In this document: positions 36,796-46,844 of the stretch, piece after piece
How the letters are laid out: every line of letters starts with the position of its first letter
Position numbering within the stretch: position 1 is the first letter of the stretch
Source of the DNA: a virus
Length of the DNA: 64,000 bases
Strand: one strand, 5' to 3'
Virus record (IMG/VR): IMGVR_UViG_3300027985_000978
Coordinates: 17,680 to 81,679 of that record
Position numbers and translations under genes: made by a program
The notes under the pieces: generated by a model
Database searches by the model: none
The model's input: the letters and a program-made list of their open reading frames with translations, nothing else
Told to the model about the DNA's origin: nothing

Positions 36796-38409
36796 TTAAC
36801 GGATTAAAGAAGGTGAGCCCAAAATGCGACGTGCAGTGCCGGTTACACAGCAGCCCCATTGAACGTTCCATGAGTCAATCGCGGTTTGTTCAACGATCAG
36901 GGTGTAAGGACTATCGCCGTCATCATCTGGATAACGTGGCGTAACCAGCGCTTCCGCAGTCACAAAGTTTTCCAGCACTTCAGTCATGCCACGGGTTAAG
37001 CCGCGCTCGGTGATACCGTCAGGACTGTGCTTCAGCTGGCGTGCAAGGTCATAGAACTGGCGTGAAATCGCGTTCATCACAGAGGAAACATGCTGAAAGC
37101 GCAGATAGTCTTCAGTTGAGCGGCAAGTAATCGCGTCATCAATCATCAGTAAGCCGGTTGAAGACAGACCAAGTTTGTTGATACGGGCCTTATACATGGC
37201 CTTCTCGTCAGCAGTGCCGATACCAGACAGGACTTTGATTTCACGACGGTTAATGATGCCGCGATCTTCACCCGCTGGTGAGTAATGCCAGCCACCGACA
37301 GAACCGGTAGAAATCGCCACGCCTTCCGCTTTCGCCTGAAACGCAATACCGGAGATACCCCACACAGCGCGACCACCTGAATGTGGATCTTTGGCTGAAT
37401 ACGGGAAGTGGTAGAAACACATGTCATGATTGTTCAGATTCATATCTGACATGAATGTGAGCGCACCCGCGTAGCTGGTGGCTGGTGGAATGTCGAAGAA
37501 TGAATCAATACGGCGGCCTGAAGCTAAATCGCCCAGCGCTTCGATCACGGTTGTATCGTAGCAACCTAAGCCCAGCACGGCGGTAAAGCCCACCAGCGCA
37601 TTGTTTAACACTTCAATCGCTTTATCATATTGCGTTGCAGAGATAGTTTTCTGATCGCCTAAATCACCACCAGCAAAAGCAGTTTTCGTAATACCAGTTG
37701 CAAACGCGCTTAAATCCGCGCCGTCAGCGATTGCGATAGATAAGCATTCGCTCTGTGACTGCAAACGGTTTTCGATGTAGGACGTAACACCCATATCGTC
37801 CACGGCATCCAGATTGAAAGATACTTCCAATTCTTCAACCGTGTATTCCACACCAAACTTATCTAGTGCCGATAAAGTCAGCGTGAATGACCCATCTTTG
37901 CCATCAATCGGCGTCATTTCGATGAAGCGGCCTGATACGTCACCATCTTTTGGATAGAGAACGAATAAATCACCTTCAGAGCTGACACTTGGAATCACAC
38001 CAAAAGCAGCTGTACTTCCTACTGGTGTAACTGGAACTGGATCACCCTCAAGTGGATTATTTGCCGCGTTCAATTCAACGTCAGTTACGCGCAGATATGG
38101 GAAAATAGCTTCTTCAGCCACCACACGCACAACGTAGCCTGAACCACCTTCCACCGCGTCAGCAACGTGACGTAATGGCTCTGCAATAACGCTGCCTAAT
38201 GATGGGTGATACGGTAAACCCAGCTTGCTTTTCCAAGTCGATTTGTCGATCTGGATGATTTCAAACGGCTGGCCCTTTTCACTGATCACGACACCAGCGA
38301 AAATTGACTCACTACCCGTGCCGCCCGTGGAAATGGTAGTGCTGGCGTTGATTGCCTGCACTGCCACTTGTGCCACGTTCGACAGGGTTAATGGAATCGC
38401 GTTATTCAT
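36796..38409 (-). CDS. 22: Tail sheath protein gp22
   Basis: 537 aa; GWHYSPAGEDRG.I.R, YLRFQHVSSVMNAI, GTARRI. Confidence 0.88.
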   Translation of the reverse strand: MNNAIPLTLSNVAQVAVQAINASTTISTGGTGSESIFAGVVISEKGQPFEIIQIDKSTWKSKLGLPYHPSLGSVIAEPLRHVADAVEGGSGYVVRVVAEEAIFPYLRVTDVELNAANNPLEGDPVPVTPVGSTAAFGVIPSVSSEGDLFVLYPKDGDVSGRFIEMTPIDGKDGSFTLTLSALDKFGVEYTVEELEVSFNLDAVDDMGVTSYIENRLQSQSECLSIAIADGADLSAFATGITKTAFAGGDLGDQKTISATQYDKAIEVLNNALVGFTAVLGLGCYDTTVIEALGDLASGRRIDSFFDIPPATSYAGALTFMSDMNLNNHDMCFYHFPYSAKDPHSGGRAVWGISGIAFQAKAEGVAISTGSVGGWHYSPAGEDRGIINRREIKVLSGIGTADEKAMYKARINKLGLSSTGLLMIDDAITCRSTEDYLRFQHVSSVMNAISRQFYDLARQLKHSPDGITERGLTRGMTEVLENFVTAEALVTPRYPDDDGDSPYTLIVEQTAIDSWNVQWGCCVTGTARRILGSPSLIR

Positions 38410-38412
38410 TCA

Positions 38413-38790
38413 TTACTCCTTGGTTTCAGTAACGGTTTGAGATTTGCGGCTGGTGGATTTCTTGTGTGCCGGTTTCGCGGGTTTCGCTGGTTCTTCCGCT
38501 GCCGTTTCCGGTTTAACTTCCGGCTCCGCTACTGGCGCTAATTCCTGAACCGGCGCAACTTCGACGGCTGGCGCTTCTTGCGCAACCGCATCACCAATCA
38601 CTTTGATTTGCACTGAAGGGATTGACGCTTTGATGTGACGGGTTAGCCAATCCGCGTGCTCTTGGCTGGCAACGTCAAACACCTGAAGCCCCCGCGTTGC
38701 GAACAGTGAGCGCACGGTGATACCGGCAAACTTGCCCGTACCATGCACGACAGCACGGCTACCAGTAGGGTTATAAACAGATAATTTCAT
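38413..38790 (-). CDS. Hypothetical protein between capsid and sheath genes
   Basis: 125 aa, RBS GAGGG, low-complexity P/A/E/K tail. Confidence 0.65.
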   Translation of the reverse strand: MKLSVYNPTGSRAVVHGTGKFAGITVRSLFATRGLQVFDVASQEHADWLTRHIKASIPSVQIKVIGDAVAQEAPAVEVAPVQELAPVAEPEVKPETAAEEPAKPAKPAHKKSTSRKSQTVTETKE

Positions 38791-38844
38791 TGATATTTAC
38801 CCTCGTTACAGGCGCGGCCAATCAGCCGCACCTATGCGCCACGA

Positions 38845-40488
38845 TTAAGCCGGTTGTGTGAAGGTCAGTTTGGTGAAGTAACGGCCACCGTCATTAGGGT
38901 GAACGTCGCAGTAAGCCAGTTCCCACAAGGTATTGCGGTCAACCAATGCTTTAGTGGTTTCGTGGTTGTAAAGCGTTGCAGGAACCGCATCACCGGCTAC
39001 GATACCGGCTTGGGTGTGCTGTTCGCCGCGTGCATAGCACAGACAGTCCCACGCGCCCAGCTTGGTATCTGTATCGCCTTTGATTGCTTCAACTTCAGTA
39101 GGTACTTCAAAGATTTTGAACTGACCAAACAGCACGCCGACATAGTGGATACGCGGTACTTGTTTATAGTTCGGGGCCATCTGGAAGAAGGTAGAGTCCA
39201 GCGATTTGATAACTGCACATGCCGCAGCACCCATGAACAGACCCACCAGACCAGAAACTTTTGTACGCACCAGCATGTCTTGAGACAGAGTGAGTAAAGT
39301 CTGATTCAGTGATTCGTAATGTTCAGAAGGTTTCAGGCCATCCGGTACGGTCAGATCGAATGAAGCGGTATCAGTTGCCGCGATCAACATTTTACGCAGG
39401 TTGCGTAAGTCTTTTTCATACGCAAGATAGTTGCGTAAATGGTTCATCTGCATAGAGCGCATATCGAGAGAGAATTCACGATTCATTGCCCAATACGCTT
39501 GAATGGTGTGCTCTGCCGCGATCACGGATTCATGCGGTTTCAGTTTCCATGATTGCATGTCATGAGTGATAGTCGGGATCAGGTCTGCTTTTGCTTCGAT
39601 GTCTACATCGAATTCCAGCATCAGCTTCATACCAGATGGCAGTTCAGCACCAGAAGTGATAACCGCAACACCTGTTGCATAGGTCAGTGTGGCGTTCAGG
39701 GTAATTTCAGTTTCACCAACGGTGACAGAACCAAACAACTTCGCTGATTGACCGTCGATTTCGGTAGCAACTACTTTGCGGTTTGCCAGCAGTTTGACCG
39801 TGCCTTTTTTGAACGGAACAACAGTCTGGAAGCCAGCAGTTGAAGAGTCGTAAGTGAAAGATGTTTTCACGCCATCCGGTTGTTGGTCAGCCAAGAACGG
39901 GTAGATCTGGTTCATTGACGCATATTGACCATTCGCAAACAGGCCGATTTCATCACCCGCTGTGTAGTCACCGAAGGTTGAGCCAGCCACGCGGCGGATT
40001 TCAAAAATTTCAGTTTCGTTTGCTTGTGCTGGGATGTAAGTTACAGCGTCAGAAGTTGCCGCCATCAGCATAACAGGCAGGATCAGACCGGCTTGTTTAG
40101 CGCGGATTTCAACACCTTCAGAAGTGGACAGGGAAGTACCGATACTTTCCAACATCTTCACATTACCGTCAGCTGAAATGCCGGTAGTGATATTGCGTAA
40201 TGATTGCGCCGCAGACGCTAAGATCTCGTCAGAAGGCAGCGTACCGTAGCAGTCATAGAATTCTTTGATAGCAGAACCCCACGCCACCGCAACACCACCA
40301 GCATGAGCGCCTAACGCTTCAAACATGGGATGTTTTTCAGCCATTGCAGCGATAGCGTTCATACGCGCTTTGTCGTCAGCGATAAAACCAGACTGATCAA
40401 ACATTGCATCGACACAAACGGCGCGGATCTGTTCCGAATCTTGAGTAATAGCAGCGACTCGCGCCGCGTGTTTTTGTTTAGCAGACAT
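38845..40488 (-). CDS. 23: Major capsid protein gp23
   Basis: ATG 40488 with RBS AGGGG, 547 aa. Position next to gene 22; contains MLES processing-like site. Confidence 0.85.
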   Translation of the reverse strand: MSAKQKHAARVAAITQDSEQIRAVCVDAMFDQSGFIADDKARMNAIAAMAEKHPMFEALGAHAGGVAVAWGSAIKEFYDCYGTLPSDEILASAAQSLRNITTGISADGNVKMLESIGTSLSTSEGVEIRAKQAGLILPVMLMAATSDAVTYIPAQANETEIFEIRRVAGSTFGDYTAGDEIGLFANGQYASMNQIYPFLADQQPDGVKTSFTYDSSTAGFQTVVPFKKGTVKLLANRKVVATEIDGQSAKLFGSVTVGETEITLNATLTYATGVAVITSGAELPSGMKLMLEFDVDIEAKADLIPTITHDMQSWKLKPHESVIAAEHTIQAYWAMNREFSLDMRSMQMNHLRNYLAYEKDLRNLRKMLIAATDTASFDLTVPDGLKPSEHYESLNQTLLTLSQDMLVRTKVSGLVGLFMGAAACAVIKSLDSTFFQMAPNYKQVPRIHYVGVLFGQFKIFEVPTEVEAIKGDTDTKLGAWDCLCYARGEQHTQAGIVAGDAVPATLYNHETTKALVDRNTLWELAYCDVHPNDGGRYFTKLTFTQPA

Positions 40489-40679
40489 TGAATTGCCCCT
40501 ATTGTTTAAAAAACGGCTAAGAGCTGGTTCTGACCAACTCCAAATAGGGCAACAAATTGTATGGGGGATGGGAGTGTAACCACTCAAGGGTCGTAAGCCG
40601 ATCTCTTGATTAGGAAGTGATTACACTGCAATCATATAACAAAGTTTTTGATCAGTGGTGAAACCTGTTTTTACAGGGG

Positions 40680-41459
40680 TTATGAGTTCAGGTAGTCGTT
40701 CATTACTGTTTTCGCATCATCCGGCATCATGGCTTCAGCAGCCGCCTGAAGACACGGATTTTTAAGGACGGACATCAGGACAGATGTTTGTACTGCCTGC
40801 TCAAATGAGCTGTATAAATCACTCCACATAGCTTCAGCTTCAGACACCATGCTTTGCAGGGTACTGGACGATCCGATCATGCTGGCTATCTTTGTGCCGA
40901 TATCATCCATAAGCGCCGCCAGCTGATCGATTTCCGGTTGTGTGAGTTCTTCCACGACACCCACGACACTGACAAAAAACGCCTCAATATCATCGAGCGG
41001 TAACAGGCCCAACAACTCGCGTATATCATCCGTGTTTCCGGTTGATGTCAGCACAGAGAACGCCGCACCCAACGGGCCGCAGCCACCCTCTACCTCACTC
41101 ATGTTTTGCGCAATGGTTGAGGCGACACCCATCACAGCCAGATTGCCAGCCGGATCGCTCATGCGGGTACTAATTGCTGCACTCAATGAATCCAGCACTA
41201 ACCCTGTGCCGGTCACACTGCCTTGGTGTGTCTTTAGTGTCTCTGCCGCCGCCAGCACTTCAGGCGGGACGTTCATCGGTAATTGCGTCAGTTCGTCGAT
41301 TGGCGGGTTATCCGAGATATCTGTAATGGCTTGAATTTGAGCAACAGCGCTATCCACATCACCACGCGCTGCCGTTGCTTTTGCACCAGCCGGAGAACTG
41401 AGACCGCCAGCCGCTTTCAGGGCGCGGTACATATCTTGCGAATAGATATTTTCTAACAT
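40680..41459 (-). CDS. upfB: UpfB homolog
   Basis: N-terminus MLE..Y....Y..L.AAGG...P resembles recalled P1 UpfB; near the PAAR gene. Confidence 0.65.
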   Translation of the reverse strand: MLENIYSQDMYRALKAAGGLSSPAGAKATAARGDVDSAVAQIQAITDISDNPPIDELTQLPMNVPPEVLAAAETLKTHQGSVTGTGLVLDSLSAAISTRMSDPAGNLAVMGVASTIAQNMSEVEGGCGPLGAAFSVLTSTGNTDDIRELLGLLPLDDIEAFFVSVVGVVEELTQPEIDQLAALMDDIGTKIASMIGSSSTLQSMVSEAEAMWSDLYSSFEQAVQTSVLMSVLKNPCLQAAAEAMMPDDAKTVMNDYLNS

Positions 41460-41564
41460 TTCTTGAGCCTCTTTTGAGGCGGGTAGGGATGGTCGGGCAA
41501 CCTGTTAGCGTACTATTTTTTTACACAGAAAATTATACACCACCTGAGTAGTGTCTATACACCA

Positions 41565-41972
41565 CTAGCCACCAACAGAAACGCCCATCAACTGGCCCAA
41601 CACATTCAGGATCATGCTTACACTTAACGGGGACGCGGGAACGTCAGCCGGTAATACGTGAAACGCCATGATCACAAAGTCTCGGATCAGCAGGTTGTAC
41701 GTCAGAGAAGCCACCAGCGCATAAATCAACGTCGCACGGGCCGCAGCAATGTACTTGCTTGAATTCTTCTCTTCGTTCGCTGTAATCACCGCCTGAATCA
41801 TGGCCGGTGATTGCTTGGCTTTTTCCATCAGTACAGACCACTGAGCCTTTTCTTCGTCGCTGGTAAACAGTTTGTCGCCAGCGTCCCCGATTGCCTCAAT
41901 GACACCAACAGCGCCATTTTCTACGCTGGTGGCCGTTGGAGCGCCCAACCCTAACATGCTTAATAAACCCAT
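41565..41972 (-). CDS. 3TM (GTA-type) holin-like membrane protein
   Basis: IG..GDKLFTSDEEK motif followed by TM segments. Confidence 0.65.
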   Translation of the reverse strand: MGLLSMLGLGAPTATSVENGAVGVIEAIGDAGDKLFTSDEEKAQWSVLMEKAKQSPAMIQAVITANEEKNSSKYIAAARATLIYALVASLTYNLLIRDFVIMAFHVLPADVPASPLSVSMILNVLGQLMGVSVGG

Positions 41973-41983
41973 AGATCAACCCC

Positions 41984-42268
41984 TTATGCTATTTGAAATG
42001 ATTCGTCACCCGTCACAATGACCGATCCACACGAAACAACGTCACCCATAATACAGACCTTATCGCCGTTGATGGTAAACGGCACAGAACCGATCCCAAT
42101 CCCGCCATGAGGTGGACTGTTTGGCTTTGTGTGCATGGCCCAATTATCGCCGTCACAATGCACCGCCACCCCATTTACACGAAACAACGGCTGTCCCTCA
42201 ATCGACGGGCGCGGCGGATAACCACCGTGACCGGAACAGATAGAACCCTCAAGCGCTACGCCTGCCAT
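41984..42268 (-). CDS. upfC: PAAR spike-tip protein (UpfC homolog)
   Basis: CSGHGGYPPRP...VNG..V...GD....H...HGG...NG......GD.VSCGS.I.TG. Confidence 0.85.
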   Translation of the reverse strand: MAGVALEGSICSGHGGYPPRPSIEGQPLFRVNGVAVHCDGDNWAMHTKPNSPPHGGIGIGSVPFTINGDKVCIMGDVVSCGSVIVTGDESFQIA

Positions 42269-42271
42269 ACA

Positions 42272-42949
42272 TTACCCCAGCGTCCAATCAGCATTACTGC
42301 CGCTAAATTCCAGTGCGCCACCAGCTGTAACACTGAACTTGCCACCAGCTGTCACAGCAAAATCTCCTTCGGTTTCCATCGTGACATTGCCGGTTATTTT
42401 TACTTGCTGTTTTCCGGTAGCGGATAGATAGATATCGCTTTCAGCGTGCAACACGATCTTTCCGTCTTTGTTGATTTCAACCGCTGAACCCGACGCCTTT
42501 TGTGTAACCCGATACGCACCCGATTTTTCAATTTCTATCAAGACTCCATTCAGTGATAAAACCGTGTTTTTATGGTATTCCACCGCGTCGGGCGTTGGTT
42601 CGCCTTCTGCTCGTTTGTGCTGGTACGCTTCCGATCCGGCGATTGCCTCATGTGGCAGGTTCGGGACTTTATTAGGCGCATACAAACAACTACCGGTAAT
42701 GATCGGGGCGCGGGTATCGTCATGCTCGAACTGCACCCACACCAGATCGCCCACTTCAACCGGACAAGCCACACCACTATTAGCCCGTGCGCCTAGCGGT
42801 AGCTCGTATTCAGCCCACGGGAGCGCGGATACTGGCAGATCGTCCCATAGCCCCAACACACGGATCTGAACCATGTAATACTTTTCAGGGTGCGCCGTGT
42901 TTTCGACGCTGGCCCGATACCGGCCTGATAGTTTTCCGGTCATGCTCAT
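42272..42949 (-). CDS. 5: Baseplate spike gp5 (OB-fold + beta repeats)
   Basis: YRA.V....HPE....Q.RV.G.W....LPWA...VGD.VWV.FE..D.R.PII.G; ATGA overlap with gene 6. Confidence 0.85.
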   Translation of the reverse strand: MSMTGKLSGRYRASVENTAHPEKYYMVQIRVLGLWDDLPVSALPWAEYELPLGARANSGVACPVEVGDLVWVQFEHDDTRAPIITGSCLYAPNKVPNLPHEAIAGSEAYQHKRAEGEPTPDAVEYHKNTVLSLNGVLIEIEKSGAYRVTQKASGSAVEINKDGKIVLHAESDIYLSATGKQQVKITGNVTMETEGDFAVTAGGKFSVTAGGALEFSGSNADWTLG

Positions 42950-43950
42950 GATTGGATCACCCCCGTAGTTACCTTGCACTTGTAGCTCTTTTTATCCCCG
43001 ATATGACTAACCAGCGTGATTAGCTGGCGTGCTGGCATGGATTCATCCAGTACAGCATTTTCAGAGAACCGGTTTAAGCGAACACCGATAGTCATTCCAG
43101 CCGTATATGAACCATTCCCCAGCATGTCAGCCAACATGCACGGGACGACATGCACATGAAGGTTATTCAGTGCCTCTAATGGGACTTGCGGGAGTATTTG
43201 CGGCGGCGCGTCAGGGTTCGCCGTTGATTTCTGCATACCGTTGACGATATCCCACGATATATAGCATTTTGTCGCTTGTCGGGCGGCGGCTTCCGCTACG
43301 TGGATCGCTTGATAGGCATAGATTGGATGGTCTGTTTTCTGGCCCTGATATTCCAGTACCGGATAATCCTTTTCCTGATTCCCCAGCATGGTGAGCGGCG
43401 CACAGTAAACCGTCCCGCGTGCCACCCAAATAGCAGCCCCCAAGTCACGGCAAACTTTGCGCAGCATGGCAGCTGGCGTTGATCCGGCTGTGACATGCTG
43501 ATACAGCTTGTTTTTCATGCTGGTGGCATTGCTGGCGATTGAAATCTTATAACCGGCGAATAGTTCAGCCAGAATATCCGCGATCTTGTCACCGTTAAAA
43601 AACATGGCTGTCTTCACTGGTTGCTTGAGCGCGTAGACCTGCTTTTCTATCGCTTCCACGCGCAGCCGATCACCCTGTACGATTGGATGGCCCACAACAA
43701 AATCAGTCGTAAAATAAGCATCACCGCGCCCGTTCGGATCGCCCATTTTGACGCTTAATACCGCGCCATCCACCAGCCCGTAGTTATCGCGTAGTGTGCC
43801 GTCCACATCATAGAAATTGAGAATGAGTAACGGCCCCTCAAGGTTGATACCCTCAATGTAAGTACCACTATCAAGGTTATAGATCGGGATCTCCGTGCCG
43901 TTCACGGTGATTTTCTGGAAAAAGAGTTGCTGAAGTTCAGCCATGATCAA
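42946..43950 (-). CDS. 6: Baseplate hub gp6
   Basis: 334 aa in P1 order 5-6-24-7-25-26. Confidence 0.72.
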   Translation of the reverse strand: MIMAELQQLFFQKITVNGTEIPIYNLDSGTYIEGINLEGPLLILNFYDVDGTLRDNYGLVDGAVLSVKMGDPNGRGDAYFTTDFVVGHPIVQGDRLRVEAIEKQVYALKQPVKTAMFFNGDKIADILAELFAGYKISIASNATSMKNKLYQHVTAGSTPAAMLRKVCRDLGAAIWVARGTVYCAPLTMLGNQEKDYPVLEYQGQKTDHPIYAYQAIHVAEAAARQATKCYISWDIVNGMQKSTANPDAPPQILPQVPLEALNNLHVHVVPCMLADMLGNGSYTAGMTIGVRLNRFSENAVLDESMPARQLITLVSHIGDKKSYKCKVTTGVIQS

Positions 43951-44753
43951 GCCCCCATGTCAAAAACAGGGATCGGTTCTAACAGGTTGTAATTCACTTC
44001 CTGTTCGTTGGCATAAACCCCCTCATAAACCGGCGCAACCACTTCAACCGTCGCAGTCAGGCACAACAGGCGATCACTTTCGATATCAGGGCTCATATCG
44101 TCCCATGAAATCGTGTTAGGCAGGATATCCACCGTGCCGTCAATCGCCAGCCCAAACACCCGCGATTGCACTAGGAATGTTCGGGCGTGTAGCCGGAAAT
44201 AACTTGCATACAGTGTCGCCATACGGGAAAGCGTGACTTCATCCCATGCCAGCAAATACACCTGATACGTCAGGTTTAAGTGGTGCTGGTGGACATATGC
44301 GCCCAGCGTTTCCGTTTCATCTTCATTCACTGTGCCTAAGTCAGCGATCTGGCGAACTGGAATATACCGATCCCCTTCCGCGTTCGAGAAGCCCAGCTTT
44401 CGGTTAAAGAACACGATTGGTAGCGCCTGTAAGTTGATTGCAGGCTTATTGCCGGTTTCAGCGATAGAACTTGCCACCTCGTCAGTGCGGCCCTTTGCAG
44501 ACGCCCTCAGAGCCCGTAGAAACGATTTCGGATCTTGATAGGGAGATTTCTTCACCTGATCTTTCGGGGCGCGTTCCAAGAATGACAGAAACGCCTCGTA
44601 TTGCTTGGCTGTACTGGACACTTGCGCACCTTGCAGGATTGCCACCAGCAAATTACCGAAGCCGATATCTACCGGCTGGAAATCATGCGTTTCCCGTTCC
44701 GTTCCCAGCGTTGCAACAAACTCAGTCCATGAAACAATAATTGGATCAGACAT
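43947..44753 (-). CDS. 24: gp24 tail terminator homolog
   Basis: 268 aa; synteny; LPIVFFNR motif. Confidence 0.65.
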   Translation of the reverse strand: MSDPIIVSWTEFVATLGTERETHDFQPVDIGFGNLLVAILQGAQVSSTAKQYEAFLSFLERAPKDQVKKSPYQDPKSFLRALRASAKGRTDEVASSIAETGNKPAINLQALPIVFFNRKLGFSNAEGDRYIPVRQIADLGTVNEDETETLGAYVHQHHLNLTYQVYLLAWDEVTLSRMATLYASYFRLHARTFLVQSRVFGLAIDGTVDILPNTISWDDMSPDIESDRLLCLTATVEVVAPVYEGVYANEQEVNYNLLEPIPVFDMGA

Positions 44754-45295
44754 TAGGCGGCCCCCTCAAGGATTGCGGCGGCGGCTTCTTGCTGGGCCGA
44801 TTCCAGATCGCCACATGGGATACAGATATGCAGCGCACCAGCTGAAGCTGTACCGATCACATCCACTGAATGCACATACCACCAGACAAGGCGGTTTTCG
44901 CCGTTGCTGTCCTCTTCGGCCCACTCCAAGATCGAACCGACCGGCGCTTGACCAGCTGATAACAGCACAGTGAGCGTGCCGCTTGCACCGTCACCCGTAC
45001 TGTCTGGTTCGTCCCACATACCGGAGAATGCGGGATCATCCAGTGTCGCCACTAAGCACGATCCGAATTGTGGCAAATCATATGAGATTGCGTGCTGGTG
45101 GATATCCACATCACCAAATAGCGCGGTTTCATCCGTGGGTTCTTCAGGTGTGTTTTGTGTCCCGTTCGGGATGTAAATCAGCACATCAAAACTGTCAGGA
45201 TGGATCTCAATTAAGCGCCGCCAATCATCACGGATCTGGTTGTTGAGTGGGGAGTGTCCGGCATTCCTCGCCCTTGTTAATACCGCTTCGGTCAT
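44753..45295 (-). CDS. 7: gp7 neck/stopper homolog
   Basis: DW...IE.HPDSFD.L.Y...VGS.LEW.E...WWYV; synteny. Confidence 0.7.
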   Translation of the reverse strand: MTEAVLTRARNAGHSPLNNQIRDDWRRLIEIHPDSFDVLIYIPNGTQNTPEEPTDETALFGDVDIHQHAISYDLPQFGSCLVATLDDPAFSGMWDEPDSTGDGASGTLTVLLSAGQAPVGSILEWAEEDSNGENRLVWWYVHSVDVIGTASAGALHICIPCGDLESAQQEAAAAILEGAA

Positions 45296-46515
45296 TTCAA
45301 TAATTCCTCCAATTTCGACACGGTGATTTTTTTCTCTTTGGCGAAAGCGGCCATTGCTTGCGCTTGGGTCATTCCGACGACTCGGAACGCATCAGCAAAT
45401 GATTGGTATTGCAATTTCAGCCGGTCTCTTGCCAGCGCTACCGCCTCTTTTCGGGCGGCTTGTCGGGCTTTCGTGGCGGCCTTTTCCGCGTCGATTGCGC
45501 GTTTCTCGGCTGCCTTGGCTGACTTGCGTGCTTTCACCAGTTTTTCGCGTTCTTTTTCAATGGATTTCTTATCGGTTTTGAACTTGCGGGATAGGGCTTG
45601 CTGCCGGTTCTGGTACTCCTGCCAACGGGCCTTCAGTTTTTCCGCATCCACTTCACCGGAGCGGTTCTTATCTAGTTTTTTCTGCTCGTCTTTGTTGAAC
45701 ACCACCTGTGAGCGCTTGTCGTCGCCATAGCCGGATTTTCTGGCCTGTATTTCCATCTGCTTTGCTAGGGCGCGTTGCCACACCACAGACTGCAACATGG
45801 ACATAGATTTAATGACGTGCTTACACGCAAGGCCGGTTAGTTCAGGGTTACGGATTTTCGGAAAGGCGAACTCTTTGGGGGGCGCTAGGCAGTAGTTCCC
45901 CAGCGTTGCCATGTAGCGGTAACGGTATTGATGATCGCCACAGTCACAATCAAACGAGACTCGGCCTGCACATGCGTATTTAGCCGCCTTCTGGTAGCCT
46001 TTATCTGTGCCGTCAGCGTCAGCTAACAGTTCATCCCACTCTTCGAGCCGGATCTTGACTCGGTGCTCTTGGTGGACTGACTTCTCCGACGCTTTCACGC
46101 GCAACGTGATGATATTGGCCCTGATACCCAGCAATGAGGCTTTGCTGATCCCGCGCCGGTCATTAGATCGGTTGCTGGCTCGGTCAATACGGATCGAGCT
46201 GGAACGCCCAGCGATTTCAAGCCAAGTTATGCCGGTGACACCGCCACGGCGTTTCTTAAACCGGAGTCGCATCTTGTTCATGCGGTCGAGTTCTTCTAAG
46301 GTGAACTCTGTTCCATCCGATTTCTTACCTAACCGTACAATCTCTTCAATGGATTTACGGCGCGACAGAATGCGCGGCGTGAGCGTGCGACGGGCGTCAC
46401 GGCGTTTCTTTGTGTTCTTCTTGGCGATCTGGTTGAACGCCCTCACAAAGTCTTTGCTGTTCAGCCCCAGCGTATTAAAACGACCGTTCTTGTCCTGTTC
46501 GAGTTCAGTAGGCAT
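45292..46515 (-). CDS. 25: gp25 homolog with SWIM-like Zn finger
   Basis: FDCDCG.HQY.YRY.AT.GN...FPKIRNP.L.G.ACKHV. Confidence 0.8.
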   Translation of the reverse strand: MPTELEQDKNGRFNTLGLNSKDFVRAFNQIAKKNTKKRRDARRTLTPRILSRRKSIEEIVRLGKKSDGTEFTLEELDRMNKMRLRFKKRRGGVTGITWLEIAGRSSSIRIDRASNRSNDRRGISKASLLGIRANIITLRVKASEKSVHQEHRVKIRLEEWDELLADADGTDKGYQKAAKYACAGRVSFDCDCGDHQYRYRYMATLGNYCLAPPKEFAFPKIRNPELTGLACKHVIKSMSMLQSVVWQRALAKQMEIQARKSGYGDDKRSQVVFNKDEQKKLDKNRSGEVDAEKLKARWQEYQNRQQALSRKFKTDKKSIEKEREKLVKARKSAKAAEKRAIDAEKAATKARQAARKEAVALARDRLKLQYQSFADAFRVVGMTQAQAMAAFAKEKKITVSKLEELLK

Positions 46516-46844
46516 TACAGACCGCCCCCGTCTGCAAAGTGGCGGATCTGTTCACGTAACCAGACAATCGACGGGAACCGGAACACGGAACCAATCGGCA
46601 AAGGATCTGCCTCGTCTTCAACGTCAGCCAGTAAACTAACCACCCAGCGCAGATCGGGCGTCTTATACAATCGCTGGGAAACCAAATCAGGCCGGTATTC
46701 TTCGTCCTGTTTGATCTCGTACTCGGTGTAATCTGTATTTGTCTTGTCGTTCGCCTGCTCTAAGACAGTTTTAAACAGATAGCCTCGTAAAATTTCATCA
46801 TCAACGTTTAGCGGGGATAATCTGGATATATTGCTCATAGCCAC
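46515..46844 (-). CDS. 26: gp26 baseplate wedge (LysM-like)
   Basis: YEI..DE..RPDL.S.RLY....LRWV. Confidence 0.8.
   Translation of the reverse strand: MAMSNISRLSPLNVDDEILRGYLFKTVLEQANDKTNTDYTEYEIKQDEEYRPDLVSQRLYKTPDLRWVVSLLADVEDEADPLPIGSVFRFPSIVWLREQIRHFADGGGL

Noticed and set aside
38809-38836. Hairpin after gene 23 as another RBS switch
   Set aside because: It does not cover the downstream RBS and has no sRNA1 complement; more likely a stabilising stem.
40489-40587. Upstream TTG start for the capsid gene
   Set aside because: ATG 40488 has the RBS; the extension corresponds to the structured leader.
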